Origin: Bugula neritina
Taxonomy: Eukaryota; Animalia; Bryozoa
NCBI GenBank assembly: GCA_964035545.1
Contig: OZ037771.1
Span: 10,792,480-10,856,479 of the forward strand
Reading direction: 5' to 3'
DNA length: 64,000 nt
This document shows, piece after piece, positions 1 to 11,318 of this stretch (its first letter is position 1; the number at the start of each line of letters is the position of its first letter). The position numbers and the translations under genes are program-made. Below the pieces are notes generated by a model, which ran no database searches, was not told where the DNA came from, and was given only the letters and a program-made list of their open reading frames with translations.

Positions 1-98
1 TTTTTCATCAAGCCCTTCACCATCTGAACAGCTCTTTCCGCTTCACCATTTGACTGGGGATAATTTAAAGAACTAGTTACGTGTTTAATATCCCATTT

Positions 99-3000
99 TT
101 ACAGGAAGGATTGGAATCTATCGGACACAAATTGCGATCCATTATCACTGATTAATGTGTTAGGAATGCCTAGCAAGCAGAAAAGTGTTTCGAGCTTGGA
201 AACTATAATTTTTGTGTCAGAAGAATCATTGAGTTCATTAACAGTAATGTACCTGCTGTAGTAATCTACCACTACTAGATATGTTCTTTCATCCTTGATA
301 CATAGGTCAACTGCTAAGCGCCACCATGGTCTCCCAGGCCAAGAGGAACACACCAGAGGCTCCCGAGGTTTCAATCGAAACTCTTCACACTTGGAACAGC
401 CTTTCACTAACGATCTAATATCAGCTGTCGTGCCAGGCCACCACACTGCATCAACTGCCGTACAGATACATTTTGTCTCTCCTTGGTGACCATCATGTAT
501 TTTCTTCAAAACCTGATCTCTCTCGACTTTGGGAATGTATAGGCGATTTTCAAAAAATCCTATTCCTTGAACTGTGGTCAAGGTTTCTCTGAATGTGTAA
601 AATTGCTTCATAGACGGGTCGACATCCATTGTCCTAGGCCATCTCTCCATAAAGTATTTTAAGAGAATCCTATCTCCATCTTCTGTCTACATAGCAGCCT
701 GAATGCGGCGCAGACGAGTTGGGGAAACAGGCGTAGCATTTATTAGCTCCTGCACCAGCAAAGGCTCTCTTTGGGCTTCTTGTGCTCCTGAGTAAAGAGC
801 CCTAGACAGGGCATCAGCCAGTACCAACTTCCTACTCGATGTAAAAACCACATCATAAGTAAATGACATCATTCTTAATCTAAACCGTTGCACCCGGACA
901 GGTAATTTGGCTAATTCCTTCTCACCCAGCAATGAGATCAGAAGCTTGTGATCAGTCTCCACTGGAAACTGACAACCTGCCAGAAAGTAATGAAACTTTT
1001 CTCAAGCCCAGCAGATTGCTGGAGCCTTTTTTCAATATGTGCGTATCGCTGCTCAGCACTACTCAGAGACCTAGATGCAAAGGCCACAGGCTTCCAAGCC
1101 CCATCTACTAATTGCAGCAACGCCACCCCGAGGCCAAACGATGATGAGTCTGCACTGAGCACCGTTTTTCTATGAAGACTGTACGGAACTAGAGTGGGGG
1201 TGCTGGTCATCATAGACTTCAAGCCTGCAAACTCTTTCTCCTGTGCTGGCCCCCAGTACCAATCAGAATTTTTACCAAGTAATTGACGCAGCTTCCCAGA
1301 ATTTTCAGCAATAGTAGCGGAGAATTTTCTCATATAGTTCACCATGCCAAAAAACCTGTGCAGCTCCTGTCTGTTACACAGGGTTGGAAACTTCGTCACA
1401 GCCATTGTCTTTCTGGGTCAGCTGTAATACCCTCGGCACCTATGATATGACCAAGAAATTTTAACTCAGTCTTTCGAAATTCACATTTCTCTGCATTGAG
1501 GGTGACTCCACTTTTCTCATTTCTCTTCAAAACTTGCTCTAGCCGGTCATCATGCTCCCGTTGATTTTTTTCATAAAGTAGAATATCGTCCATCTGACAT
1601 ATATCCCCTGGCAAACTCACAAGCATTTTTTTATCTAACGTTGAAAAATTTCTGGGGCAGAACTGATACCAAAAGGTAGACGCTTACATCAGTACCTACC
1701 AAATGGTGTGATAAAAGTGGTAAAATGATATGAGTCAGGGTAAAATTTCATCTGCCAATATCCACAGTTGGCATCCAATTTGCTGAATAAACAAGCATTT
1801 TCTAGTTCACTGAGTGTTTCATCAGATGTTGGCAAAGGATAGTATTCACGCTTGATGGCTTTATTCAGTCGAGTAAAATCTACACAAACCCTCATTGTTC
1901 TATCTTTCTTAGGCACAATGACACAAGGAAAACACCATTCAGTAGGTTTTTCCACCTGTTCAATTACTCCTAGCTTTTCCATCCGAAGGAGCTCCTCATA
2001 CAGTGGCTGTTTCTTAGCTGCTGCAATACGCCGAGGTACCGCTTGAACAAACGGCAAAACATCTTCTTTTATTTGGATTCTCACTTCCACGGACATTGCT
2101 CCAAGCCCACGAAACAATTTAGGGTAGACCTTCTTCCAATCATGGCCCTCACCATGATTAATGCCATTTACAAAACGGATTAAATCAAATCTCCCAATAG
2201 CAGGTTTTCCCAAAAAAGGCATTAGTAGCCCTCCAACAAAGTATAGTAACTCCTGAATCTTCTTTTCTCCTAAACACAAACCAACCATAGCCTGGCCAAC
2301 TACCTCTAGTCTATTGTTACTCGCTCCTCTCAAAATCTTTGTAGAAGGTTGTGACCCTCGCTTACAACAATAAATTAAATATACGAGCAACGCTGTGACT
2401 GCTGCCCCTGTATCTATTTTGAATTTTACAGGTACATCATCAACTTTAATGTTAACTAACCAAGCTTTTGAAGTGTTGGTAACTGTCTTAGAATCAATTA
2501 CGCCTAGTCATAAAGAATCATTGCCAAGAAAAAGTCCATCCATCTCCTCACAGTCAACCATTTCTGCCTTTGAGCTACATTGACTGCCTCTAGAAACGGT
2601 ATTAGTACATGTTTTACTCCAATGACCTTTACCTTTGCATTTAAAACAAGTAGCAGACCTGGCAGGACAGCAAGTTCTAACATGAGCTTCCTAGCCGCAG
2701 AAGGGGCACTTATCACTACTGTTCCTGATGGTTTTGTTTAACATAGACAATTTCTTTACCACTGTCACTTCTAACATAGTCCAGAATATCACCAGAAGAT
2801 GACATGCTCATTTTCAAAACCTGCTCATGGTTACTTACATACTGTTTGGCCTTCTGAATACACTTCGACAGTGTTAAATCTTTTAAGTCACTCAGACATT
2901 CCCTTAATTTAGAGTCATTGACTCCTATGACAATCTGATCTCGAATCAAGTCATTCCGAACAGTCCCGTATTCACAATTAGCTGCTTGTGACTGCAGCTC

Positions 3001-3363
3001 TGTAATAAACTGGTGAATTGTGTTGTTCCCTTGAGTGCTGCTATCGAACTTGACTCTCTCATATTACATTTTAACCGGTTCAAAATGCTAGTCAAACATG
3101 CTGATTACATTTCTTAGAGTTTTTTTCCTGGTGTCTACTGCCTCATCAAATTCAAATTGACTGTATATAGGCACACTCTCTGGTCCCATTAAAACAAGTA
3201 AATTCACAATCTGCTCCTCCTCCCTCATATCACTACATTTCTTAGCTATTTTGAATATTTCAAACTGTCCTTTAAATATTTTCCAATCAGTTGAAAGATT
3301 CTCACTTGAAAAATTAAGTTGTTTAACAAATTTTTCATCTCTAGTTGAAGAACTTTCTGTCAT
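99..3363 (-). pseudogene. gag-pol of Gypsy-A, broken by frameshifts and stops
   Basis: ORF pieces 3088-3363 and 2716-2949 (gag, IRDQIVIGVND), 1689-2390 and 1396-1626 (RT), 938-1405 and 687-962 (RNase H), 99-650 (integrase). Protease FKIDTGAAV reads at ~2395-2425. Confidence 0.93.
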
Positions 3364-3442
3364 AGTTGTTTTGATTCTTTTATTTTCAACACGTTAATTA
3401 ACTCATGCAAACAATATTTCTCAACTATCACTATAACTGCCA

Positions 3443-3460
3443 ATCCCACTTCTGACACCA
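3443..3460 (-). promoter_or_regulatory. Primer-binding site of Gypsy-A (tRNA-Leu 3' end)
   Basis: Minus strand reads TGGTGTCAGAAGTGGGAT directly after the LTR; complementary to the 3' 18 nt of eukaryotic tRNA-Leu(CAA-type). Confidence 0.9.
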
Positions 3461-3601
3461 TGTAGTAAAATGCTTTACTTACCTAGTAAGTGTAATTAGC
3501 CGATTTAGTGCGTCCGTGCTATTTCAGTGTTGAACCCAAGAATGCCGTTTTGCATATGTTTTCTCGTCATTTGCATTAGCCAATCGCGACATTCTATTAC
3601 A
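3461..3601 (-). repeat. 5' LTR of Gypsy-A (141 bp)
   Basis: TGTAGTAAAATG...CATTCTATTACA: TG...CA ends with a 12-bp imperfect terminal inverted repeat, abutting the PBS. The partner LTR is outside the window. Confidence 0.8.
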
Positions 3602-3957
3602 AGAGTAGCGAATTCTGAAATAGCGCTTTTCTTAATGATATCATCAACGCTTAAATCACTGTCTGCAACATTACTGCTTTCAGTTGAGATAACTAGCCGT
3701 TTACCAGGATTTTGTATAAGCGTCATAGCAGTATTTTTAACCCATTATTTTATGTTATCAACATACTTTTTTGTAGCAGCGTCTTGAGCGTCAACAAGAT
3801 CCGCAACTCTAGAGACTTTGTTAATACCCATATCCAGAGTGCCAGTGAGCGTATTACCACCATCTGTCAAAACAAAATCATTATACATCTTACCAATAGC
3901 TGCCAAATGCTCTTTTTCGAGCTCGGATGATCCACCAAACTTGTATACCATACTCAT
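3602..3957 (-). pseudogene. Polinton small ORF with tail-fibre-like repeat, truncated by Gypsy-A
   Basis: MSMVYKFGGS...GGNTLTGTLDMGINKVSRVADLVDAQDAATKKYVD. The GxLxM...DAATKxYVD motif is typical of phage fibre-like repeats. It appears to continue in ORF 3505-3726 up to the LTR. Confidence 0.6.
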
Positions 3958-3986
3958 TTGTCATAGGTGTTTGTAATAAAGTTTTA

Positions 3987-4473
3987 CTAATGCTCATTGA
4001 AATAGAATATCTTAGGTTTTCAGAATCCAATGGTGGGAAATAATACATCAGGAGGTTTATGACGCGTATACGACTCTGAACATAATAATGTTAGACTATA
4101 GTTTCTATTGGCTTCGATGGTTTCTGATATAAAAATACCGATGTACGGAACACTGTGTACATCACCTCAAATAATAAAATCTTTAATGATTAGGTTTTCT
4201 TTTTAGTAGGTAGTGTATTATCCCTTATCGTTATAAGCAACCTTTTGTCTGTCCAATATAGAGGGTGGTTCGTAAATATGTCTTCGCAGCTTAGTTGCAC
4301 CAATGCGTAAGTTAACTCTATTTTCTCAGCTACTATAATATTAAAAATTGATTTGGCATAAGACCGATTAGGTCCCACCTGATACTTGAATTCATTATTT
4401 ATCATGAGCCCGTAACGTAATTTCTCTCTTTTGTCAACTGTTTTGATCCACCAAACCTATATACCGAACTAAT
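3987..4473 (-). pseudogene. Polinton small ORF of unknown function (disrupted)
   Basis: Starts directly after the protease stop with ATT (probably mutated ATG) SSVYRFGGSKQLTKER. Continues via ORF 4190-4405 and a further shifted piece to ~3987. Confidence 0.5.
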
Positions 4474-4574
4474 TTAATAAAACAACATATTTATAACTTT
4501 CTGGAGTTTTTTATCACCAGACAACTCTTTGACCCAGTACAAAAATAAATAACATTAAATAACCGTGTAGGGTC

Positions 4575-4844
4575 TGTTGAAAAACAATCATGCGATCCTA
4601 TCGCTAATCACATTCATGACAATGACGATATGCTAACTAATTGCTTTACTAGAATCGCTGTATACTTGTTTTACCCCTTCTCTTCTGTTTTCTGTTATAC
4701 AAAACCATCATGATGTTTTTGATTCAAATAAATATTTTATTAACAATTAATTAAATCATTCAATCAGTTTGCTTGATAAGTTAAATCAGCAATCAATATC
4801 GTATTTCATAATTATTACTTTACACAATGGCAACACATTCAACA
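4575..4844 (+). repeat. Copia 5' LTR
   Basis: Direct repeat of 8536-8810 with TG...CA ends. Confidence 0.95.
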
Positions 4845-4858
4845 GGTTATGGGCCCAG
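4845..4858 (+). promoter_or_regulatory. Copia PBS (half-molecule tRNA-iMet type)
   Basis: GGTTATGGGCCCAG, complementary to the anticodon-arm region of initiator tRNA-Met, as in Drosophila copia. Confidence 0.88.
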
Positions 4859-4912
4859 ATGTTTTGTAGTCATCAACTTCTACCCTGCGACTTGTTCCAC
4901 AAAGTAGCTACT

Positions 4913-5503
4913 AATCACTCACGCTGTACAGTGTCACTCACACTGTACACAATATTAATATTACTCACTGTACAGTGTCATTCACGCTGTACACAGTAAT
5001 ATTACTACTCACTCACACTGTACAGTGTCACCCACACTGTACACAGTATTACTACTACTCACTGTACCGTATCACTCACACTGTACACAATATAAATATT
5101 ACTACTGCTCACTGTACCGTATCACTCACACTGTACACAGTACTACTCAGTACTCACTATATTGTACTACTCACTATATTGTACTACTCACTATGTAGTA
5201 CTACGCACTATATAGTGCTACACACCGGAACACACACCGGCACACACACCGGAACACACACCGGAACACACACCGGAACACACACCGGCACACACACCGG
5301 TACACACGCCGGAACACACAACGGAAAACACACCGGCACACATACCGGCACAAACACCGGAACACAAACCGGCACACACACCGGTACACACACTCACACT
5401 GGCACACACACCGGAACACAAACCGGCACACACACCGGTACACACACTCACACTGGCACACACACCGGAACACACACCGACACACACACCAGCACACACA
5501 CAC
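4913..5503. repeat. Composite tandem repeat inside the Copia
   Basis: ACTCACACTGTACACAG/ACTCACTGTAC-type units (~4913-5220) followed by 12-bp CACACACCGG(A/C/T)A units (~5221-5503). Confidence 0.9.
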
Positions 5504-8500
5504 GAACACCACCACAGCCCGCTACTCATCTTACCAGAATGGTAACTTAGAGAGGACTTGGCGTACCATAATGGACACAGCACGATGCCTACTCAATAAT
5601 TCAGATCTTCCCAAGACTTTCTGGAGTTTTGCTGTTGACCATGCCATGTACCTGAGAAACCAAAGCTACCAGAGACGGGCGGGAAGGACAGCCTATGAGT
5701 TATTTACAGGCACACCCCCCCCCCGACATGAGGAAAATTCACAATTTCGGATCTCAATGCACATTCAACACAGAGGGAAATAAATTAAAGCTCAGTGACC
5801 ACGAACAAAGCCGCACATAGCTTGGTGGTAACACAAAGGCCCAAGGTTACCTTATAATTGCCCTTAATTAGAAATTGTCACATCCAGAAATGTCAGACCA
5901 CAAAAATGCGAAAATAACGCACTGAACGTTATGCCACACGGACTCGCACAAAACAGCAGAAATGGTACTCAGAATACCATGCCAGAAGAACCTGCACAAA
6001 AATGTAGAAATGACGCAATGAACGTCATGCCACAAGGACCCGCACAAAACAGCAGAAATGGTACTTAGAATACCATACCACAAAAAACTGCAACAGATCT
6101 GGCAAAGGCCACTGACCAATCTGGACCACGTAAATCAGAACGGATACGAAAGTGGCCTACCTACCTACAGGACTATGACATAGAAGACATTGACTATGCT
6201 TGCTCACTAATCGCAAACATACCACAGTCCTACCAAAAAGCTGTAAATTCAAAAGATAAGGAAGCCTGGAAAAGAGCCATGAACATGGAAATGGACACCC
6301 TACATGATTCAAACACCTGGTCCATCCAGCCGCTACCTGAAGACAGGATTGAGACCAAGGGCAGACACAGGATAGTTAAGGGCAACCTTTTAGCTGCAAC
6401 TGCCTTGCTGAGGTTTGCATTGTAATCATATAAGAATTCAGTACCAGTAAAATAAAATCTCACCTAATTGTGCTAGAGTCAAAATTTAAAAACTATGTTA
6501 TAGATTTTCTTTTTCTCCAGTGTAAGTTTTTTGGAAATTTCAATTTTCATTTTTTTTGCGAAGTTATAGACAAAAAACTGCCGAATTTTGGCCAATTTTG
6601 CCTGAAAAGCTGACTTTTCAGTACCAGTAAAATATCTCAGCAGCAAAGCATGATATCTGAATAAAAATTGCACTGCTGGAATCCTGAGATATTTCTCCAG
6701 GGTAAGTTTTTTTCTTTTTTCAATAACTCTGCTAGATTGCTCATAAATTGGTGATTTATACACTGAAAATGCCATATTTTCTCATAAGAAACTAGCAGCG
6801 CGCAGCACTTCACGCTTCACTGAGCACGTAGGGATGAGAAGATATTGGCGCCTATATAATAATTACAGGCTAGCTAGCTGGCAGGCTATAATGAATAGTT
6901 CGCTTTGTACTTTGTTTATGAAGCACCCATAATGGAATGTTGATAGATTACGCAGCCCTAATGAAGGTTGCTGCTTATTGGTTGTAGTTTAATCTTAGGC
7001 TAAACAATTACAAGTAGGCAACACGCATGCCACCCGCAGAGCAATATTATTCAAGAACCTGAACCACATTTTGAGAGAAATTTATGATATTCTTAGTGAG
7101 GATGCCCTTAACTATCCTGTGGATGGGTTTATACCCTCAAACAAGAAAAAACCCAGGTGAAACTCAACATAAAGCTAGATACGTAGCAAAAGAATACTCA
7201 CAAATACAAGGAGTTGACTATGACGAAACTTACAGTCCAACCACCAGATTCACATCGATCAGCTTGCTGTTACAAAAAGCAGCAAATGAAAACATGAAGA
7301 TACATCAACTAAATGTTAAAGGGGCGTACCTAAACACGCCAATCGTCAAGGAAATCGTTCTACAACAGCCTGGAGGGTACGAAGAAACCAGCAACCAAGA
7401 GAAGTTTTCTTGGCGTCTCAACGAGTCCATATATATGGCTTCAAACAAAGCAGACGCAACTGGCACCAAACACTGACCAGTTTCCTCAAGGAGCAAGGCT
7501 TCACACTTCGTGCCGGAGACCATTGTCTATACTCAAAAGAGGACCCTTCAGACAAATCAGCAAACATCATCATTCTTTTCTGGGTTGATGACATCCTTCT
7601 CTGCTGCCAAGACAACAACAGAATCATACAAACTAAATCTATGATGCAACAAAAAATTAACATGAATGATAGAGGAGAATTAAGCTGGTTCCTGAGGATA
7701 GACTTCAGGAGACATGAGGACCAGTACACGATGTCACAGGAGCGCTACATGGACACGCTGCTGAACACCTACAATAAGACAGATTGCAACCCTGTATATA
7801 CTCTTGCTGAAAAAGACTTACAACTAGAAAAACCGACAGACGACAAATATGAGCATTCAAAGGACTATCCTTACAGACAGGTTATAGGTTCTCTCATATA
7901 CCTAATGACCGCCACATGTTCAGACCTAGCATGGATCATTGGAAAGCTCTCCCAACACCTAGAAAGACCTGGACCTGCACATATTGCTGCCTTGAAACGG
8001 CTACTACGATACCTTGAAGATACAAAAAGATTCAATCTGAGATTCATTCCCAATCAACAAGAACTAGTGAGCCATGTGGATGCAGATTGGGGCGGAGAAA
8101 CCTCTACACGAAGATCAACAACAGGATATGTACTCACACCGGGTAGAGCCCTTATAAGTTGGAACAGCCGACGACAACTCACAGTGGCCTTATCATCATG
8201 TGAGGCCAAACACATGGCATTAGCCGAAGCTACAAAGGAGATGCTATTCCTACAAACCTTATGCAAAACATTCAAGATGAGACAGCATAACCCTAACACA
8301 CTTTTCACCGACAACCTTGGAGCCATTGCCTTCACTAAAGGACAACCATACTCACATCAGAGGAGCAAAAACAGCGACATTAGATTTCACTTTGTCAGAG
8401 AGCAAACCACCATAGTGTACCAACACATCAGAGGAGCTGAGAACCCTGCCGATGTCATGACTAAGAGCTTGCCTAAAGCCAATCACAGAATTGCACTAGA

Positions 8501-8528
8501 GCTGCTAGCTATCAAATCACATGCTTGA
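5504..8528 (+). pseudogene. Copia pol remnant (integrase C-half, RT, RNase H)
   Basis: QNGN.ER..RTIMDTARCLL...LPKTFW (IN); KGR|WVY across the MITE; HKARYVAK, QLNVKGAYLN, LFWVDDILL (RT); HVDADWGG, ENPADVMTK (RNase H). Confidence 0.92.
6366..7121. mobile_element. 756-bp non-autonomous TIR DNA transposon (CACTA/EnSpm-like MITE), copy 1
   Basis: Perfect 19-bp TIR CACAGGATAGTTAAGGGCA...TGCCCTTAACTATCCTGTG with 2-bp TSD GA. Excision restores Copia RT codons AAG GGC AGA TGG GTT (KGRWV). Confidence 0.92.
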
Positions 8529-8535
8529 GGGGACG

Positions 8536-8810
8536 TGTTGAGAAACAATCATGCGATCCTATCACTAATCACATTCATAACAATCGCTTGACAATACACT
8601 AACCAATTGCTGTACTAGAATCGCTGTATACTTGTTTTACCTCTTCTCTTCCGGTTTCTGTTATACAAAACCATCATGATGTTTTTGATTCAAATAAATA
8701 TTTTATTAACAATTAATTAAATCATTCAATCAGTTTGCTCAATAAGTTAAATCAGCATTCTATATTGTATTTCAAACTTAATACTTTACACAATGGCAAC
8801 ACATTCAACA
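8536..8810 (+). repeat. Copia 3' LTR
   Basis: Direct repeat of 4575-4844, preceded by the PPT and followed by TSD GGGTC. Confidence 0.95.
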
Positions 8811-9824
8811 GGGTCTTTGAACTTTTTCCGTGTGATACGCTACCTCGGGTCCTAAATATGACATTAACTCCTGAGGAGGGTGTAAGCCAAAAATATAAAA
8901 GTAGTATTTTCAGTCATTATCTTTATACCATGCTGCCTGGTGAGTACCACCGCCTAGGGTATTATCTAAATTTAAAATTCCCGATTCTTTTTTTCGCGGC
9001 TTACTCAGTAAAACAAGCATCTCTAGAAAAATTTCTTTTGAAGTTGAGAATTTTTAAATTTTTTACCGCTGACTTAGGGTCAACATTTGTGAAGGATTTA
9101 TTTGAAAGAAGTATATTGTGTATTTGCATCATTTATTTAGTTTGTTTTGCTTGTCATGGTGCGACACACTTTGTTAACTTTCGAAACGTGAGAATCAAAA
9201 TTTGTCTCACAACCTCACTGAAATTTGTGCACAAAATGAAAAACAATTTAGTCCCACTCATATTTATTATATCCAAAAGAAATTGTACTTATTCCATCTT
9301 GAGTATAATTTTTTATCATCTTCAGCAGACAAGGCTACTTTGTTTGCAGTTTCAGCGTACATCGTATGCTTATGACTTTTTAGAACATTCATCGTTCGAT
9401 GCTGGCCGCATTGTGTCTGAAGGCATTCTAGATAGTCGTCAAATGTTATACATTTGTCTCAAGTAGATTTGTTAATTCTATTGCACTTTTTCTCTTCTAT
9501 CGAGTCATCCATTTTGTAAGAGTACAACTTGGCGCAAAGACCTACAAACTCAATAATTTGTTTACAACCGCCTTCATCTTTAAACATACCTATTTTCTTT
9601 TTGTTCCTACCTATTGGTATACCTGATTTATGGCCTTTTAAATAATTACTCGTATCAAACTTAGATTCTACATCTTGAGATATGTCTTTGTAAAAATGGC
9701 ATTATCAGTCTGTATGTCATACATTATAGGCTATCTGCGTCTGTAAACAACAACTGCGCACTTGTACCATACTTTGGTTTGATGTAGCCATAGTGAAAGT
9801 CATACATCAATGTTTTGCTGATAT

Positions 9825-10316
9825 TTTTGTGAATTTATGCTTCACTTGCAATCAATGGGTTTATTTATGCAAAGCCACTTCACTAGATTTTTAATTAATA
9901 AGAGTTTATTTATTGCGAATTAGACACAAATAAAATGTATAATAACTAACACAAAACGTTACATAATAGAGAGATATCAGTACACAACTTTACACTAGCA
10001 TTATCAAGTCCTCTTTGCCGGGTAGTCAAGCACGCTAACTACTAGCACAAGTTATTCGTACCTCCTACTAAGCTGATTGGTTATTCACGCACGCTAGCTA
10101 TTATCTCTAATTAACTAGTCCTGCCTTGGTCCACAGCGTACATTAGTAGCTAGTAATTACTGTCCTGCCGAGTATAGGAGAGACGCTACGCATTATGGTT
10201 GTCGGCTATCACGAAAATTGATCTGCTGCAATTGTAGACATCGTGCCATGATGCATATAGGGAATAAGCAATGTAGAGTTGTCCTTTTGATATATAACAA
10301 TCCAAAAATCTCTACA
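9825..10316 (-). repeat. Gypsy-B 3' LTR
   Basis: Direct repeat of 16756-17247, same length. Confidence 0.9.
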
Positions 10317-11318
10317 CCCTTCACACCTATTGAAAGGTACACCGTCTATAGAAAGCTCCTGGGAAACTAGGTAACAGGCCCACCTCTTGGACCAATGCGA
10401 CGGCATAGAGAATAGTTCAAGTGTCCAACATCTTGGTCTCTGGGGCCCATGATCCTGCCCGGCCAGATAAAGCACGACGAACAGCAAGTGCCATTTGCCG
10501 GCGCATAATGATGAAAGCGTAAAACAGAATAATACAGAGATACACAACAGAAAAGTCACACACAAAGTAAACAGCATAAAAGAATGCAACATAAAATACA
10601 AGTACAAAACAGCAATGTAACCACCACGCGCACTATCGACAAAATATTGTAATCCTGTGGCAGGGCAGATGAACATAACAGGGCCGCACAGTCGGCTGCT
10701 CACGTCAGCTACCTGCTCTATATAATGAGAGTTTCTACGAAATAATCCATGTCAAATATTAGTCTATAACTGTCAGCAAGAAAGGAGGGGGTGTGACTGC
10801 GTGACGTTGATGATAGCATCTATCTTCTAGTTCCCCAGCCTTGAACAGTCTCACCTGCAACAGAATACCAGAATCTGTTGTAGGGGTTTCTACCCGGTCA
10901 GTACGACACCGACGACTGAGTCACACAGTCTAGCAACCCACTGATTATCAAAATCATCCGGGCGACCGCCTTACTCCAAGTCGTCAGTGAATTCATCTGA
11001 CTTAGAAAACCAACTTTATCGTTATGATAAAGTGAGACTAATTTTATGCTACTAGATTAAATTCCACCTGATTAATAGAATTATGCTAGTAGACTTACCA
11101 TAAGACAGTCACGACACCAGTCTACTGCCCACTTAGGCTTCGTAGTTTGCCAGCCTGCCAAGTACGTGCTCGCACTCTGACAGTTAACATTGAAAAGAAT
11201 GCTCGTCACAGTGAGAGTGATTACGTAACACCCCCTTTCACTAGCGAGCTGGCTTCGCTCTTTTCTACACCCCCGGTAGCGTTATTATAATATATATGTA
11301 CGCCACTAGTTATGCAAC

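Larger units (their letters stand above)
1..3601 (-). mobile_element. Ty3/Gypsy LTR retrotransposon A, decayed; 3' end lies outside the window
   Basis: Minus-strand order LTR (3461-3601), PBS, gag, protease, RT (LDANCGYWQ; CQMDDILL), RNase H (LSADSSSFGLG), integrase (HDGHQG..C..C; VVVDYYSRY; LISDNGSQF). RT-RH-IN order is Gypsy-type. Confidence 0.95.
4575..8810 (+). mobile_element. Ty1/Copia LTR retrotransposon, internally deleted
   Basis: LTRs 4575-4844 and 8536-8810 (TGTTGA...TCAACA), 5-bp TSD GGGTC at 4570-4574 and 8811-8815, PBS at 4845, PPT GAGGGGACG at 8527-8535, IN-RT-RH order. Confidence 0.96.
4474..9132 (-). pseudogene. Adenain/Ulp1-fold cysteine protease of the Polinton, split by the Copia insertion
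   Basis: 9132-8811 reads M...NFSRD...KPRKKESGILNLDNTLGGGTHQAAWYK..KYYFYIFGL.PPQELMSYL..EKVQRP. Across the GGGTC TSD, 4569-4474 reads YTVI*CYLFLYWVKELS...stop. This matches the NLD..G.GTHW / YFDSFG..PP / Q...CG..C pattern, with decayed catalytic residues. Confidence 0.8.

Noticed and set aside
4913-5503. Possible CRISPR-like array
   Set aside because: There are no unique spacers; the units are contiguous tandem repeats in a eukaryotic context with no cas genes. The same applies to 49140-49302 and 55819-56293.
4975-5583. ORFs with (HTGT)n, (VPVC)n or (CVFR)n repeats
   Set aside because: They are by-products of a stop-free 12-bp tandem repeat that is open in several frames on both strands.
6230-6775. 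ORFs MRFYFTGTEF... and MAFSVYKSPI..., repeated at 23821-24230
   Set aside because: They lie within the non-coding MITE. The N-terminus of the 539-aa ORF 22299-23918 is MITE read-through into pol.
8735-9466. 243-aa plus-strand ORF
   Set aside because: It starts inside the Copia LTR and is antisense to the Polinton protease and pPolB C-terminus; no motif.
10209-10703. Hydrophobic 164-aa ORF as an env candidate for Gypsy-B
   Set aside because: It has a non-ATG start, runs into the LTR and has no env motifs; the hydrophobicity reflects T-rich UTR sequence.
10792-11230. Solo LTR (TGTGAC...GTAACA) inside Gypsy-B
   Set aside because: The flanks are inverted (GGGGG and CCCCC), not a direct TSD.
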